Origin: an uncultured Thiomicrospira sp. | GTDB lineage: Bacteria; Pseudomonadota; Gammaproteobacteria; CAKMZV01 | Assembly (NCBI GenBank): GCA_965195345.1 | Contig: OZ239628.1 | Span: 544,001 to 608,000, forward strand | Length of the DNA: 64,000 nucleotides | Direction of reading: 5' to 3' | In this document: one piece after another, positions 51,529 through 62,136 of the stretch | Layout: every line of letters starts with the position of its first letter | How positions within the stretch are numbered: the first letter of the stretch is position 1 | Program-made: the position numbers and the translations under genes | The notes under the pieces: generated by a model | Database searches by the model: none | Seen by the model: the letters and a program-made list of their open reading frames with translations, nothing else | Told to the model about the DNA's origin: nothing

Positions 51529-52638
51529 TTAACTGATGACTTTTATAGGGTCATGATAGGGATAACCTAAAGCCTCACTGACCGCTTTATAAGTGACTTT
51601 CCCTGCGTGCACATTGAGTCCGTTTAATAAGTGCTTATCGGACTTGAGTGCTTTTAATCCATTACGCGCAAGGGCAAGTGTAAATGGTAATGTAACGTTA
51701 TTCAATGCATAGGTTGATGTACGCGGAACACTACCTGGCATATTAGCAACGCAGTAATGTACCACACCATCCACTACGTAAGTTGGTTCTTGATGCGTGG
51801 TTGCTCGAGATGTTTCAAAACACCCACCCTGATCAATGGCAACATCAACGACTACAGAGCCTTTTTTCATTCTGCTGATAAGATCTCTGCTCAATAATTT
51901 TGGTGCTGCTGCACCGGGTAATAGTACTGCGCCAATCACTAAGTCAGAATCAAGGGCAAAATTTTCAATCATTTCCATCGTTGAATATACGCACCGTAAA
52001 TTGCTGTAGGTGCGGTCTAAATCGCGCAATCGTTCAACGGAACGATCCATTATAGTAACATCAGCACCCATGCCAATCGCCATTTGAGCAGCGTTTTCAC
52101 CAACAACACCACCGCCTATAATGAGAACTTTGGCGGGTTCAACTCCTGGAACGCCGCCGAGTAGGGTGCCACTGCCACCGTGTGCCTTTTCGAGACAGTG
52201 TGCTCCTGCTTGGATGGAGAGGCGACCTGCAACTTCGCTCATAGGTGCAAGCAGGGGTAGGCGATTACTGTTATCAGTAACCGTTTCATAAGCGATAGCG
52301 GTAACACCGCTTTCCACTAACAAGCGTGTTTGTTCGGGGTCGGGGGCAAGATGTAGGTAAGTGAAAAGAATTTGTCCAGAGCGCAGCATCCGACATTCAT
52401 CGGGTTGAGGCTCTTTCACTTTGACAATCATATCAGCTTGACGATAGATGATCTCTGCGTTGTCAACGATAGTTGCTCCAATTTTTTGGTAGTCGTTATC
52501 ACTGATTCCTATTCCTTCGCCTGCTCCAGACTGGATATGTACTTGGTGATTGTTTCTAATAAGTTCAGCAACACTGGTGGGTGTTAAGCCGACACGATAT
52601 TCATGATTTTTAATTTCTTTTGGAGTGCCTATAATCAT
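51529..52638 (-). CDS. ald: alanine dehydrogenase
   Basis: [59 protein letters not shown]. Confidence 0.97.
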   Translation of the reverse strand: MIIGTPKEIKNHEYRVGLTPTSVAELIRNNHQVHIQSGAGEGIGISDNDYQKIGATIVDNAEIIYRQADMIVKVKEPQPDECRMLRSGQILFTYLHLAPDPEQTRLLVESGVTAIAYETVTDNSNRLPLLAPMSEVAGRLSIQAGAHCLEKAHGGSGTLLGGVPGVEPAKVLIIGGGVVGENAAQMAIGMGADVTIMDRSVERLRDLDRTYSNLRCVYSTMEMIENFALDSDLVIGAVLLPGAAAPKLLSRDLISRMKKGSVVVDVAIDQGGCFETSRATTHQEPTYVVDGVVHYCVANMPGSVPRTSTYALNNVTLPFTLALARNGLKALKSDKHLLNGLNVHAGKVTYKAVSEALGYPYHDPIKVIS

Positions 52639-52778
52639 TTTTTTAACCTTCAACAACGTTTTAAATTCAAGTGGATATGATAGATGGAAATATTTGATAA
52701 CACTTACTGAAATTGATGCTATTTTTGATTCTTTTCAGTAAAATATATTGTGAAATAAGATTTATAAGGTAAATTATT

Positions 52779-53234
52779 ATGTTAGATGACATTGACAAAA
52801 GACTCTTGTCTATATTACAGGGAAATGGAAGACTTACTTACTCGGCACTTGCTGAGCAAATCGGATTGACAACCAGTCCATGCATTGAGCGTGTCAAGCG
52901 TTTAGAGAGGGAAGGTTATATTCAAGGTTATTCTACATTGCTCAAGGCGGATAAAATGGGCTTGGGATTGGTGGTGTTCGTTCAGATTCAGTTGGACCGC
53001 ACGTCTACTGAAAACTTCTCAGAATTCAGGGAAAGTGTGAAACGGTTGGAATCCGTTCAAGAATGTTATTTGGTGGCGGGCAGCTTTGACTTTTTGATTA
53101 AGGTGCGATTGAACGATATGGAAGCATATAGACGCTTTCTCGAGGATCAATTGCTTACTATTTCAGGGGTGCGCGCGTCAACCACCATTGCGGTTATGGA
53201 AACCATTAAAGAGTCGCTTGCCTTACCGCTTTGA
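52779..53234 (+). CDS. Lrp/AsnC family regulator (probable AldR)
   Basis: LDDIDKRLL..LQ..GRL, PCIERVKRLEREGYI, ECYLVAGSFDFL; divergent from ald. Confidence 0.92.
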   Translation: MLDDIDKRLLSILQGNGRLTYSALAEQIGLTTSPCIERVKRLEREGYIQGYSTLLKADKMGLGLVVFVQIQLDRTSTENFSEFRESVKRLESVQECYLVAGSFDFLIKVRLNDMEAYRRFLEDQLLTISGVRASTTIAVMETIKESLALPL

Positions 53235-53281
53235 GCATGTCCACGCTTGCAGGCGTTTTTCTCTTGATTTTTTTGGAAAGA

Positions 53282-54406
53282 TTAGGGCTTTGCTAAGCGG
53301 CTTTTCAGTACACGTATGCGACTTTTCAAATCACCACGATCAATGTAGCATCCGCGCAGATGGCGTGCTCCAGTTTGTGGGTCAAATTCTGTGCGCCCGT
53401 GCAACACTCTACGGTTATCAAAGACAACCATTTCTTTGCTGCTAAGCTTAAATTTGATGAGGAAAGTAGGGTCACGCATGATTGACATAAACAAACGATA
53501 AGCACGATAAAACGGACGCATCATTTCTTTGGACAGTCTGAATGTGGTTGCTATGTGTGCGTTGTAGTTTATTTCATCAATCGCTCCTTTGTTCAATGAA
53601 ATAACCGACTTGCGTTCAAAGAGATCCCAATTATCATCGTGAAAACGAAAAGGAATAGTGCATTCGCTCAAAATTTTAAATTCTTCAGGATGATGTTGAC
53701 GGATATGTTCGGCAACGGCAAAACCATCAACAAAAATAGACTCACCACCCGTTGACTGATTATTCAAACAATGTAAGAATTGAAATCCGGGGGGCAATTC
53801 TTGATTGGGTAAGTCGGTGTGCAGGGGTAAAGCCTCCGAGGTATATGCTTGATTGTTAGGGTTCGGTTTGGAGCGCACATTGAAAGTGATCCCAAAATTT
53901 GTCTCGCGCATATGAGCAATGCGAAGGGCAATTTTTTCTAATCCATCTTCAGCCATATTGCGTACAAGCACCAGCCCTACGTTATGTAGTTTGATGAGCC
54001 ACTCAGACAGCGCAGCGTCATCATTGAGCAATTGTTCGTACTGTATTTCTATTATATTTTCACCATAGTCGCTTAACCAGCTTTTGCTTTTGAACTTGTT
54101 TTCTGAAACCTCTGCTTGCAGATTGGTGTAATCGTTTTGCAGCAACCACTCAATAGAATACACAGAAGTGTGATTGTCGTTTTGCCAAGTAATGGATAAG
54201 GTTTCGTTTGTTACATCAATTGAAGCGGGGGCAATATCGTCTGAAATACTCAATAAATCAAAATTGCGTTCTTTAGTGCTTGGATGAAAAGCCGATGCGC
54301 AGTTATCACGCAACCAAAGATAGTCAAAATGTGAGATCTGTTGGTTGTCCCAATGTACTTCTAAGTGGTTTTGGAGTTGTTTAGTTTTGGTAATATGTGA
54401 ATTCAT
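53282..54406 (-). CDS. gamma-butyrobetaine dioxygenase-like (TauD/TfdA family)
   Basis: N-terminal WLRDNC...HTSVY GBBH-like domain; NQAYT..LPLHTDLP, QFLHC, FVDGF, FDNRRVLHGR, LRGCY. Confidence 0.88.
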   Translation of the reverse strand: MNSHITKTKQLQNHLEVHWDNQQISHFDYLWLRDNCASAFHPSTKERNFDLLSISDDIAPASIDVTNETLSITWQNDNHTSVYSIEWLLQNDYTNLQAEVSENKFKSKSWLSDYGENIIEIQYEQLLNDDAALSEWLIKLHNVGLVLVRNMAEDGLEKIALRIAHMRETNFGITFNVRSKPNPNNQAYTSEALPLHTDLPNQELPPGFQFLHCLNNQSTGGESIFVDGFAVAEHIRQHHPEEFKILSECTIPFRFHDDNWDLFERKSVISLNKGAIDEINYNAHIATTFRLSKEMMRPFYRAYRLFMSIMRDPTFLIKFKLSSKEMVVFDNRRVLHGRTEFDPQTGARHLRGCYIDRGDLKSRIRVLKSRLAKP

Positions 54407-54587
54407 TTTGATATTATCGTGATCTTTCTATGCTTTAAACAGTGCGACATTATGCAAGACATGGAAAGCATTTTATCTTCATTTTTTGAAAATCGTATGG
54501 AAATTTAATAATCGCAATCATAGTACAATCAATTCTCTTTTTTTCAGAGTTATCTTTATCTTTCAACGCATTCGTTTTTAAGGTTCT

Positions 54588-55322
54588 ATGCAAGCAGGTT
54601 CATCACAGTCTAGGCTATCAATGTTTATGAGTGGTGTCAAATCGCTTCCACCGATATTGCTTGGGGTATTTCCTTTCGGTTTGGTCGTTGGTGTTACTGC
54701 AGGTGAAGCTGGTTATGATGTGTGGCAGATTGCTTTGCAATCAGCAACGATGTTTTCAGGGACAGCACAAATTACTTTTATTCATTTGCGTGAATTGGGT
54801 TCTCCAGCATGGGTTGCTGTAGTCAGCACAGTGATTGTTAATGTTCGCTTGTTGCTTTATGGGTTTTCAATCGCGCCTTATTGGCAAGAGTTACCCAAAG
54901 GATGGCGTTTGGCTATGGGTTTTTTTCTGACCGATCAAGCGTATGCAATTTCCCTGAAAGAATATCGTCAAGAGACTTTTAGTGTGGCTAAGAAAATATG
55001 GTGCTTTTTCGGATTTTCTCTCATTTTTTATATGCTTTGGATTATCAGCACGATGCTTGGTAATTTGTTGGGGGTATTCATTCCTTTGTCTTGGGAAATC
55101 AACTTTGCTTTACCGTTAGTATTCTTAACACTTCTTATTGCAATTTTGCGTAAGCGATCGCAAATTATTTCAGCAATGGTTGCTGGGCTATGTGCACTAT
55201 TGCTGCACGACTTGCCGCATAATCTTGGATTTTTGATGGCGGTATTTTTGGGGATAGTGGTTGGTGTATTGTTGGACGTTAAAAATGGTGACGTGCAGGC
55301 TGATAAAGAGGGGAGAACATGA
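54588..55322 (+). CDS. azlC: AzlC family exporter permease
   Basis: PILLGVFPFGLVVG, FSGTAQ, VNVRLLLY, FFLTDQAYA. Confidence 0.9.
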   Translation: MQAGSSQSRLSMFMSGVKSLPPILLGVFPFGLVVGVTAGEAGYDVWQIALQSATMFSGTAQITFIHLRELGSPAWVAVVSTVIVNVRLLLYGFSIAPYWQELPKGWRLAMGFFLTDQAYAISLKEYRQETFSVAKKIWCFFGFSLIFYMLWIISTMLGNLLGVFIPLSWEINFALPLVFLTLLIAILRKRSQIISAMVAGLCALLLHDLPHNLGFLMAVFLGIVVGVLLDVKNGDVQADKEGRT

Positions 55323-55636
55323 GTTTATTGGACTTGATTCTCATTTTATTGGTCTCGATTATTACTTACGGCATTCGCATACTATTTATTGCTTCAGATC
55401 GGCCGATTCGTCTGAATCCTTATTTGAAAGCAACATTGGACCATATTCCCGTCGCTTGTTTTAGTGCTTTGATTTTCCCATGGGTATGGGTTATTAATGG
55501 CGAATTTGAAGTAGATATTGCCCGCACGATTGCCATTACTATTGCTGCAATTACTGGTTTTTATATTCGCAGTCTGTACACTGCCATTATTACCGGCTTG
55601 ATAGCGTTATGGCTTTCTCGTTATTTGCTTTCTTGA
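55319..55636 (+). CDS. azlD: AzlD domain protein
   Basis: TYGIR, LDHIPVA.FSALI.P; ATGA overlap with azlC. Confidence 0.85.
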   Translation: MSLLDLILILLVSIITYGIRILFIASDRPIRLNPYLKATLDHIPVACFSALIFPWVWVINGEFEVDIARTIAITIAAITGFYIRSLYTAIITGLIALWLSRYLLS

Positions 55637-55664
55637 GAAATAGTACCTTGACTCATTAGGAAAT

Positions 55665-55696
55665 GTTTTAGCCACATTTGATAATGTGGCTAAAAC
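55665..55696. terminator. bidirectional terminator between convergent azlD and rne
   Basis: 14-bp perfect stem GTTTTAGCCACATT-TGAT-AATGTGGCTAAAAC. Confidence 0.8.
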
Positions 55697-55713
55697 TTGT
55701 AAGAAGCTAATTT

Positions 55714-57546
55714 TTAGCTGGCTTTTTCTTTCTCAGGTTGCTTAGGGCGTCTTGGTCGATTGTGATAACGACGGTTGGAATTATTTCTATTCTCACCGTT
55801 TCTGTTGTTATTGTTTCTGCGATTGTTGTTTCTGTTATTCCTATAGTTATTGGCTTTCTTAGGAGGTGCTTTTTTGGGCATCACTAAATCTAATAACCGC
55901 TGTATAAGACTTATTTTCTTTTTTGGTGCTTGGGTATCAGGACTGACATGGGCAATTGCTGGTTTTTCCTTATGAGTAGGTGGGCGTGCCATGCGATTTA
56001 ATAAATCTTTTGTAGAATCTTTGGATTTTGTTTTGTTCTCAAAACTGGCAGAGTACTTTCCAAGTCGTTTGTCACCCAATTCAATTATTTCTAAATCAAA
56101 ATGCGAATAGTGAATGTTTTCGTTGGGTATGATAACGATAGAAACGCTTTGGCGCTCTTCAATGCGTAAAATATCACTGCGCTTTTCATTGATAATGAAG
56201 GTTGCTAAGTCGGTTGGTAATTGCAGATATATGCGCACTGCCCCTTTGCTGGTTGCTGCTTCTTCTAAAGAGCGAATGATGCCAGCAGCTGAGGATTCTA
56301 TGCTACGGGTAATGCCTGATCCACCACAGCTTGGGCAGAGCATCTGGTTTTTGTCAACCAGAGAAGAACCTATTCGTTGGCGCGACATCTCCATCAAACC
56401 AAAACGAGATATACGTGATGTTTTAATACGTGCACGATCGAATTGCAAAGCTTGTTCAAAGTGCTCTTCAACTTTATGGCGGTTACCATTGCTAGACATG
56501 TCGATGTAATCAATAACCATCAAACCGCCGAGATCACGCAAACGTAGCTGGCGAGCAACTTCTGTTGCCGCTTCAAGGTTTGTTTGTAGAGCAGTTTCTT
56601 CAATACCTTTGCCCTGAGTAGCACGGCCTGAGTTGACATCAATTGAAATCAATGCTTCAGTGGCATCAATGACAATAGCACCTCCCGAAGGTAAGATGAC
56701 TTCTCTTGCGAAAGCGCCTTCTATTTGCGTTTCTATATCGAAATGATTGAACAACGGTAATGGATTAGAATATTTCTTCAAATTTGGAGCGAAGTCAGGA
56801 ATGGCTTCACGGATAAAATTGAATGCCCGTTGATAGGTATCATCGTCATCAATGATTATTTCTTCAACATCGGAACGGAGATGGTCACGTATTGTGCGTT
56901 CAATTAATCCGTCTTCTTGATAGATTAGGAAAGGTCCTTTTTTCTTTGCAGCAGCCGATTGAATCAATCCCCATAATTTGAGCATATACTGTAAGTTCCA
57001 CTGCAGTTCCTCAATGCTTCTGCCTGCCGCGGATGTGCGCAAAATAAGACGCATTCCTTCAGGGACAACTAATTTTTCTAAAGATTCACGTGTTTCGCGA
57101 CGCTGAGTGTCATCGAGGGATCGAGAAACACCTCTTGCATTGTTACCTGCGCTCTCGCTTGTTGGCATAAGTACAAGAAAAGCCCCTGCAATGGAAATGA
57201 AAGTAGTTAAAGAAGCGCCTTTAGTACCTCGTTCTTCTTTGTCGACTTGAATAATTAACTCTTGTCCTGATTTAATCTGTTGATCAACAGTTAAGTCTTC
57301 GCTGGGTTGTTGGAAACAACCGCTGTGTATTTCTTTGAAGGGAAGAAAGCCATGACGCTCTTGCCCGAAATTGACAAAAGCAGCCTCAAGGCTTGGTTCA
57401 ACACGAGTGATAACACCTTTATAAATGTTAGAACGTTTATTGTTACTTGCAGCTGTTTCGATACTTAAATCAAACAACTGAGTCTCTTCCACCAGTGCCA
57501 CTCGCAACTCTGCTGGATTATTAGCATTTATTAGAATCCTTTTCAT
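55714..57546 (-). CDS. rne: ribonuclease E (short C-terminal scaffold)
   Basis: MKRILINA..ELRVALV, NIYKG..RVEPSLEAAFV, IDVNSGRAT, DYIDM, CPSCGGSG Zn-link, amphipathic SLIQRLLDLV, R/N-rich tail. Confidence 0.95.
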   Translation of the reverse strand: MKRILINANNPAELRVALVEETQLFDLSIETAASNNKRSNIYKGVITRVEPSLEAAFVNFGQERHGFLPFKEIHSGCFQQPSEDLTVDQQIKSGQELIIQVDKEERGTKGASLTTFISIAGAFLVLMPTSESAGNNARGVSRSLDDTQRRETRESLEKLVVPEGMRLILRTSAAGRSIEELQWNLQYMLKLWGLIQSAAAKKKGPFLIYQEDGLIERTIRDHLRSDVEEIIIDDDDTYQRAFNFIREAIPDFAPNLKKYSNPLPLFNHFDIETQIEGAFAREVILPSGGAIVIDATEALISIDVNSGRATQGKGIEETALQTNLEAATEVARQLRLRDLGGLMVIDYIDMSSNGNRHKVEEHFEQALQFDRARIKTSRISRFGLMEMSRQRIGSSLVDKNQMLCPSCGGSGITRSIESSAAGIIRSLEEAATSKGAVRIYLQLPTDLATFIINEKRSDILRIEERQSVSIVIIPNENIHYSHFDLEIIELGDKRLGKYSASFENKTKSKDSTKDLLNRMARPPTHKEKPAIAHVSPDTQAPKKKISLIQRLLDLVMPKKAPPKKANNYRNNRNNNRRNNNNRNGENRNNSNRRYHNRPRRPKQPEKEKAS

Positions 57547-58008
57547 CTGTCCACCTTTTGTGTTGTAATTTGAGTAATAAAGTTACTTAATCACTCAAAT
57601 TTTTTCTAGCAAGGTTGTTGGCTTATTTTTTTTATTTTTCACCACAGCATAACCGTTATTTACGGAAATCTTGCCATACGGGTGTAGATATGAAAAGCAA
57701 AACGTCTGATTAGTTGATCAACCAATCAGGTACAGTAACTCCTACCCATTTTCTGGGTGGTGGTATTAGTAAAAATGGTATCTAAATTTAACAATTCCAT
57801 TGTGAACAAAATTCTGTATCTCTTTATAAAAACGCTGGCATTTTAAGGGCTTTTTCAATCATCAACCTTTTCAACATCGCCGAATATTCGGTCTTACTTC
57901 TGTGTTGTACAAAGTTGGAGCGCGTTTTAGCTTTTACACTACACATTAATGAATTGCATAGTTTTAACCGGGCAATTCTCCAGTTCTTTTAGAAATGGGA
58001 TTGTATCA
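57547..58008 (-). promoter_or_regulatory. long structured rne 5' leader with candidate extended -10 promoter
   Basis: 600-nt gap upstream of rne; TGATACAAT on the minus strand at 58000-58008; hairpins such as CTGATTAGTTGATCAACCAATCAG; long autoregulatory UTRs are known for rne. Confidence 0.5.
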
Positions 58009-58146
58009 TGAAAGGGATGTGGAAAACTTTTATTGCAATAATACTTTTGATTGATTGTTGCGTGATGAGGGTAATGGGCAGAACGGGAGAATTAGTTAGC
58101 TTTTGGATTAAAAAAGATGCAAGGTAATGGAAAAGATGATGTGTTT

Positions 58147-58890
58147 TTATTCAACATAAGATAATTTACCCAATTGAAAAGTTTTTTCTTTTTGGGATAG
58201 TTTTAGCATGTGCCATGCCATTGCTGAATTGCTACTAATTACTGGTATTTGAATTGATTCTTCCGCGCGTTCAATGATGTTTACCGCTTTTAAATTAGTG
58301 CAGGATATAAATATCGCATCACACGATTTTTGCATGGCGACGTTACAAATAGCATCATATATGGATTCTTCACTAATAAAGCCAACGTTCCGATCAATGA
58401 TTTCATTAAAGGATGCATGAACAGTGATTTCAAAACTTGCATCTTCAAGCGTATTTTGTAAAGATTTTGAAACTGCAGGAATATAAGGTGAGATGAAACC
58501 AATTTTTTTTGCATTGAGTCCATTCAATGCGGCTTTAACTGCACGAACAGGATTGGTGACTTGTGTTCTTGGATGCACTTTATGGATGATTGAAGCAATT
58601 TTTTCTTCACCAATAACTGAGGAAGCAGAAGTGCATCCATAACCGATAACATCCATATCATCACCAGTCGGAAATAGCGATACGCTGTTCAATAAATTTT
58701 CTTCCATTGCTGAAAGCGATTGAACGGTAACCTCCTCGTCGTTAAATATTCGACTGTGATATAGAGTGATGTCTTTGTCGTTTATGAGTTTTTTGAAATC
58801 ATCTTCAATGGTTATGTCGGTTTTTAAAACAACCACGCCAAAGCGTTTTAACGTGCTCCGATTGTCTAGAGAGTAGGATAGGTCATGCAT
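58147..58890 (-). CDS. Asp/Glu racemase / maleate isomerase family (EutA-like)
   Basis: GVVVLKTDITIEDD, YGCTSAS and FISCTNL catalytic Cys pair, PVISSN. Confidence 0.88.
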   Translation of the reverse strand: MHDLSYSLDNRSTLKRFGVVVLKTDITIEDDFKKLINDKDITLYHSRIFNDEEVTVQSLSAMEENLLNSVSLFPTGDDMDVIGYGCTSASSVIGEEKIASIIHKVHPRTQVTNPVRAVKAALNGLNAKKIGFISPYIPAVSKSLQNTLEDASFEITVHASFNEIIDRNVGFISEESIYDAICNVAMQKSCDAIFISCTNLKAVNIIERAEESIQIPVISSNSAMAWHMLKLSQKEKTFQLGKLSYVE

Positions 58891-58892
58891 AA

Positions 58893-60053
58893 TCAATTTC
58901 CAATTATAGGTAGTTCGCAAGGCGCACGGCGAGAAAGTAATTCTGCTCCTTCTGGACGAATAACTATGTTCTCTTCATGAACCATCATTTTTCCTGGTGA
59001 GATTTCTATGCTTGGTTCGATTGTTAGAACCATGTTTTCTTCGATTACAGTTGTATCAGTGCTGGTATGTGAGGGCCATTCAGTGAGTTGCATTCCCAAT
59101 CCATGACCCAAGCGACCTATGACTTTACAGTCGCCACCGTGTTTTTCGATAATTTTTGCCATAGCGGTAAAAACATCACAACAACGATTGCCAACTTTGG
59201 CAGCGGCAATGCCTGCTTCGGTAGCATTGTATAGAACTTGATACATGTGATGCGCCTTTTTATTTGCTGAAAGTAGGGCGTAGTTTCTATCAAAATCGCA
59301 AAAATAACCATGCCTTGTCGATCCTGTATCAAGCATGAGTACGTCGCCTTTTTCCAAAGGTCTATTGTTAGGAGGCGAAATTACATCGCTATAACCACCT
59401 TGGTTGGCTGATCCAACCAGATATGGAACATCCTCAGCGCCTTTTTCAAGTAAAGTGATTTTGAAAGAACGAAACACTTCATCAAGCGGTTGCCCTACTT
59501 GAAAGTTGATTGCATCGAATGCATCGTTGGCGATCGTACAGATTGTTTTTATTTTTTCAATTTCTGCTTCAGATTTGATCATGCGCAATGTTCGGATTAA
59601 TTGAGTGCAATCCACCCATTCTGAAGAAGGTAATAAATTTTGTAATTTTTTTAAATCGTTTAGCGGCATTCTTAGTTGTGTTTCGTGCCCACACATGATA
59701 CCGATACGAGCATGTTGGTTAGTTAATTCTTCAATGGTGGCATGCAGTAGAGAAATTCCTTCATCTTCTGGATTAGGCGAGAACCAAGTACGAATATCAT
59801 CAATCCAAGTGGATTGCATTAGTTGCTCCCCGATACTTGGAATGACAGACACTGGTTTACCAATTTGAGGTAACAACAAAAACCATGGTCGCGTTGGGGA
59901 TTGCCAAAATAATGTGCGAAACCCTGAAAAATAACGTACTTCTGGTTCAGAATTTAATAACAATAAATCAATTTTTTGCTGTGCCATCAAATCTTGTGCT
60001 TTCAATAAGCGGCTTTCAAACTCAGCGGTGGAGAAATCTCCAATATGAGGCAT
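58893..60053 (-). CDS. M24 family (creatinase/Xaa-Pro peptidase/EutD-like) hydrolase
   Basis: YFSGF.TLFWQSPTRPW, RMIKSEAEI, LDTGS...YFCDFDR, GHGLGMQLTEWP, TIEP, VHEEN. Confidence 0.9.
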   Translation of the reverse strand: MPHIGDFSTAEFESRLLKAQDLMAQQKIDLLLLNSEPEVRYFSGFRTLFWQSPTRPWFLLLPQIGKPVSVIPSIGEQLMQSTWIDDIRTWFSPNPEDEGISLLHATIEELTNQHARIGIMCGHETQLRMPLNDLKKLQNLLPSSEWVDCTQLIRTLRMIKSEAEIEKIKTICTIANDAFDAINFQVGQPLDEVFRSFKITLLEKGAEDVPYLVGSANQGGYSDVISPPNNRPLEKGDVLMLDTGSTRHGYFCDFDRNYALLSANKKAHHMYQVLYNATEAGIAAAKVGNRCCDVFTAMAKIIEKHGGDCKVIGRLGHGLGMQLTEWPSHTSTDTTVIEENMVLTIEPSIEISPGKMMVHEENIVIRPEGAELLSRRAPCELPIIGN

Positions 60054-61159
60054 TAACTTTGCTCAGTTAGTATAACAAGTGCACGCGAAGACGCATCAAG
60101 CCCTAATTGATCACGCACCTTTTTGTCACGCGCATATTGGTGTAGCACAGACAAACCAGCACAGCCAGAAGAGGTGGTTTCTATTGAGTGTGTACGCAGC
60201 CATGAAACAGTGTCGAGAACTTGGCTATCGCTCAAAGTTATAAACCAATCGGCATCACGGGATAGGCAATTGAGTGCCACGTGAGATGGCTCTTTACAAT
60301 CTAACCTGCCCATGTCAGAAGTAGGTCCTTGAGTGACTACTACCTTGCCCGCACGAATGCTTTCTATTACTGCTGGTGCTGCTGTTGGTTCAACAATGGT
60401 AATGATAGGAGCATCGCCCCAGCAGTGCCTAAACCAAGCAGTAGCGGCGGCGGCGATACCACCAACTCCAGCTTGTAAAAAAATGTGTGTTGGCGGTTTT
60501 TCCATTTGCGAACTTGTCTCGTGCGTAACAGCGAGATAGCCCTCCATCAATCTGGTTGGTACCTCGGTATAACCCGGCCAAGAAGTATCCGAGATTAGGT
60601 GCCAACCGTTTAATTCAATTTGTTGTATGGCGGCGTCAAGACTTTCAGAGTAATCATTGCCAGCACGAACAACTTTCGCGCCGTATTCGCGTAGACGTTT
60701 AGCGAAGGATTCAGGAACACTTTGGCTTAGAAAAATAACTGCTTGCGCTCCAAAAATACGGGAACCAGCAGCGATAGAAAGCCCATGGTTTCCAGCACTG
60801 GCACAAGAGAAAGTAAAGCCCTCAAGTGTTTTTTTTAATTGTTCTTTAGAAATGTTTTCAAGGCTGACATTAGGGGTTTCAGCAATTATTTCAGCAGCCT
60901 TACGGGCAATCACATAGGCCGCTCCAGTTGCTTTGAAACTACCAAGTCCCATACGTGCGCGTTCGTCTTTCAAATACACTTGACTCACGGCTAATTCTGT
61001 AGCCATTTCTTTGATTTGTATCAAAGGTGTTTCTTGAGTAGCAGGGCAATGTTTGAGTAAATCTAACACAGCTTGAACGTCAGTGCTAACCTGTTTGTCT
61101 TTCATTGCCTCACTTGGAGTAATGCCTTGATGCCTCCACGGGTTTTTTAATATTTCCAT
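60053..61159 (-). CDS. PLP-dependent beta-family lyase (diaminopropionate ammonia-lyase-like)
   Basis: ETPL, KDERARMGLGSFK (PLP Lys), ASAGNHG, ISDTSWPGY, FLQAGVGG, MGRLDCKEPS. Confidence 0.85.
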   Translation of the reverse strand: MEILKNPWRHQGITPSEAMKDKQVSTDVQAVLDLLKHCPATQETPLIQIKEMATELAVSQVYLKDERARMGLGSFKATGAAYVIARKAAEIIAETPNVSLENISKEQLKKTLEGFTFSCASAGNHGLSIAAGSRIFGAQAVIFLSQSVPESFAKRLREYGAKVVRAGNDYSESLDAAIQQIELNGWHLISDTSWPGYTEVPTRLMEGYLAVTHETSSQMEKPPTHIFLQAGVGGIAAAATAWFRHCWGDAPIITIVEPTAAPAVIESIRAGKVVVTQGPTSDMGRLDCKEPSHVALNCLSRDADWFITLSDSQVLDTVSWLRTHSIETTSSGCAGLSVLHQYARDKKVRDQLGLDASSRALVILTEQS

Positions 61160-61173
61160 TTTTATGATCAGTC

Positions 61174-62052
61174 TTAGTAGTTAAAATTTGGTGTGCGTTT
61201 AAAGCGCTTATAGTTCCATTGGTAACTGGAAGGAAATTTGCGAACAATGCGCTCTAAATATGTGTTTGTCTGGTCGACAAATTGCTGTGTGTTCCAGTTT
61301 TTTTCATAGTGAAAAGGTTCAATGTATAAATCAAAACCAGCATCTTTATGGCGTATAACGTAGGTTATGATGATATTAGGAAAGTATTTTAAAGCAAGTT
61401 TAGATGTTAATGTCATGGTGTTGGTTGGAATGCCAAAAAATGGAGATAGCACGCCACCACTGTTGCCTGGATCTTGGTCTGGAAGGATTCCTAAATATTG
61501 ATTATTTTTCAGAATATTCATCAAAGTACGTATGCTTGAAGCTTCTGCTGTAACCATTTTTAAATTAAGATTGGTCTCTCTTGCATTCCGCATGATGCGA
61601 TTGATTGATTCAAAGCGGGAAGGTTTATAAATTGCGTGCATTTTATGGAGATTATCCGCAAAAAAGAAGCCTGCTAATTCCCAGCATCCGATGTGCGGTG
61701 TCATTATCAGCATAGATTTGTTTTCTGATTTGTACTTTTCAAAATGCTCTAGACCATGTATAGTATGTATGTAATTATTTAATGTATCGGCTGATTTTCC
61801 CCATATGACTGGAATTTCTAACGCTGAGCATCCGAAGTTAATCAAACTTTTGCGCGTTAATTCTTCGCGTTCGTCTTCTTCAATATCCTTGAAACAAGCA
61901 GAAATGTTGGTTTTTGTAGTGCGATAGTCTCTCCCTTTGATAAGGAAGAGGATTGTGCCTATTTTTGTTCCTAATTTATGCGCCATAGACAACGGTAAGA
62001 GTCTAATAAGGAAATTAAGAGGATATACCCAGTAGGCTTTTTTTATTTTCAT
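61174..62052 (-). CDS. lpxL: lipid A lauroyl/myristoyl acyltransferase (LpxL/HtrB family)
   Basis: PHIGCWE, ILPDQDP, PFFG, YQWNYKRFK. Confidence 0.85.
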   Translation of the reverse strand: MKIKKAYWVYPLNFLIRLLPLSMAHKLGTKIGTILFLIKGRDYRTTKTNISACFKDIEEDEREELTRKSLINFGCSALEIPVIWGKSADTLNNYIHTIHGLEHFEKYKSENKSMLIMTPHIGCWELAGFFFADNLHKMHAIYKPSRFESINRIMRNARETNLNLKMVTAEASSIRTLMNILKNNQYLGILPDQDPGNSGGVLSPFFGIPTNTMTLTSKLALKYFPNIIITYVIRHKDAGFDLYIEPFHYEKNWNTQQFVDQTNTYLERIVRKFPSSYQWNYKRFKRTPNFNY

Positions 62053-62136
62053 TAGGGCATTATCACGCAAATTTGAATTGTCGGTGTACTTGAATTTTAA
62101 GGACTTCTAATTCAATGGTTTTATGCTAAATGATTT

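Noticed and set aside
58893-60053. Specific call as DMSP lyase DddP or ectoine hydrolase DoeA/EutD
   Set aside because: The M24 fold is clear, but subfamily assignment needs phylogeny; left generic.
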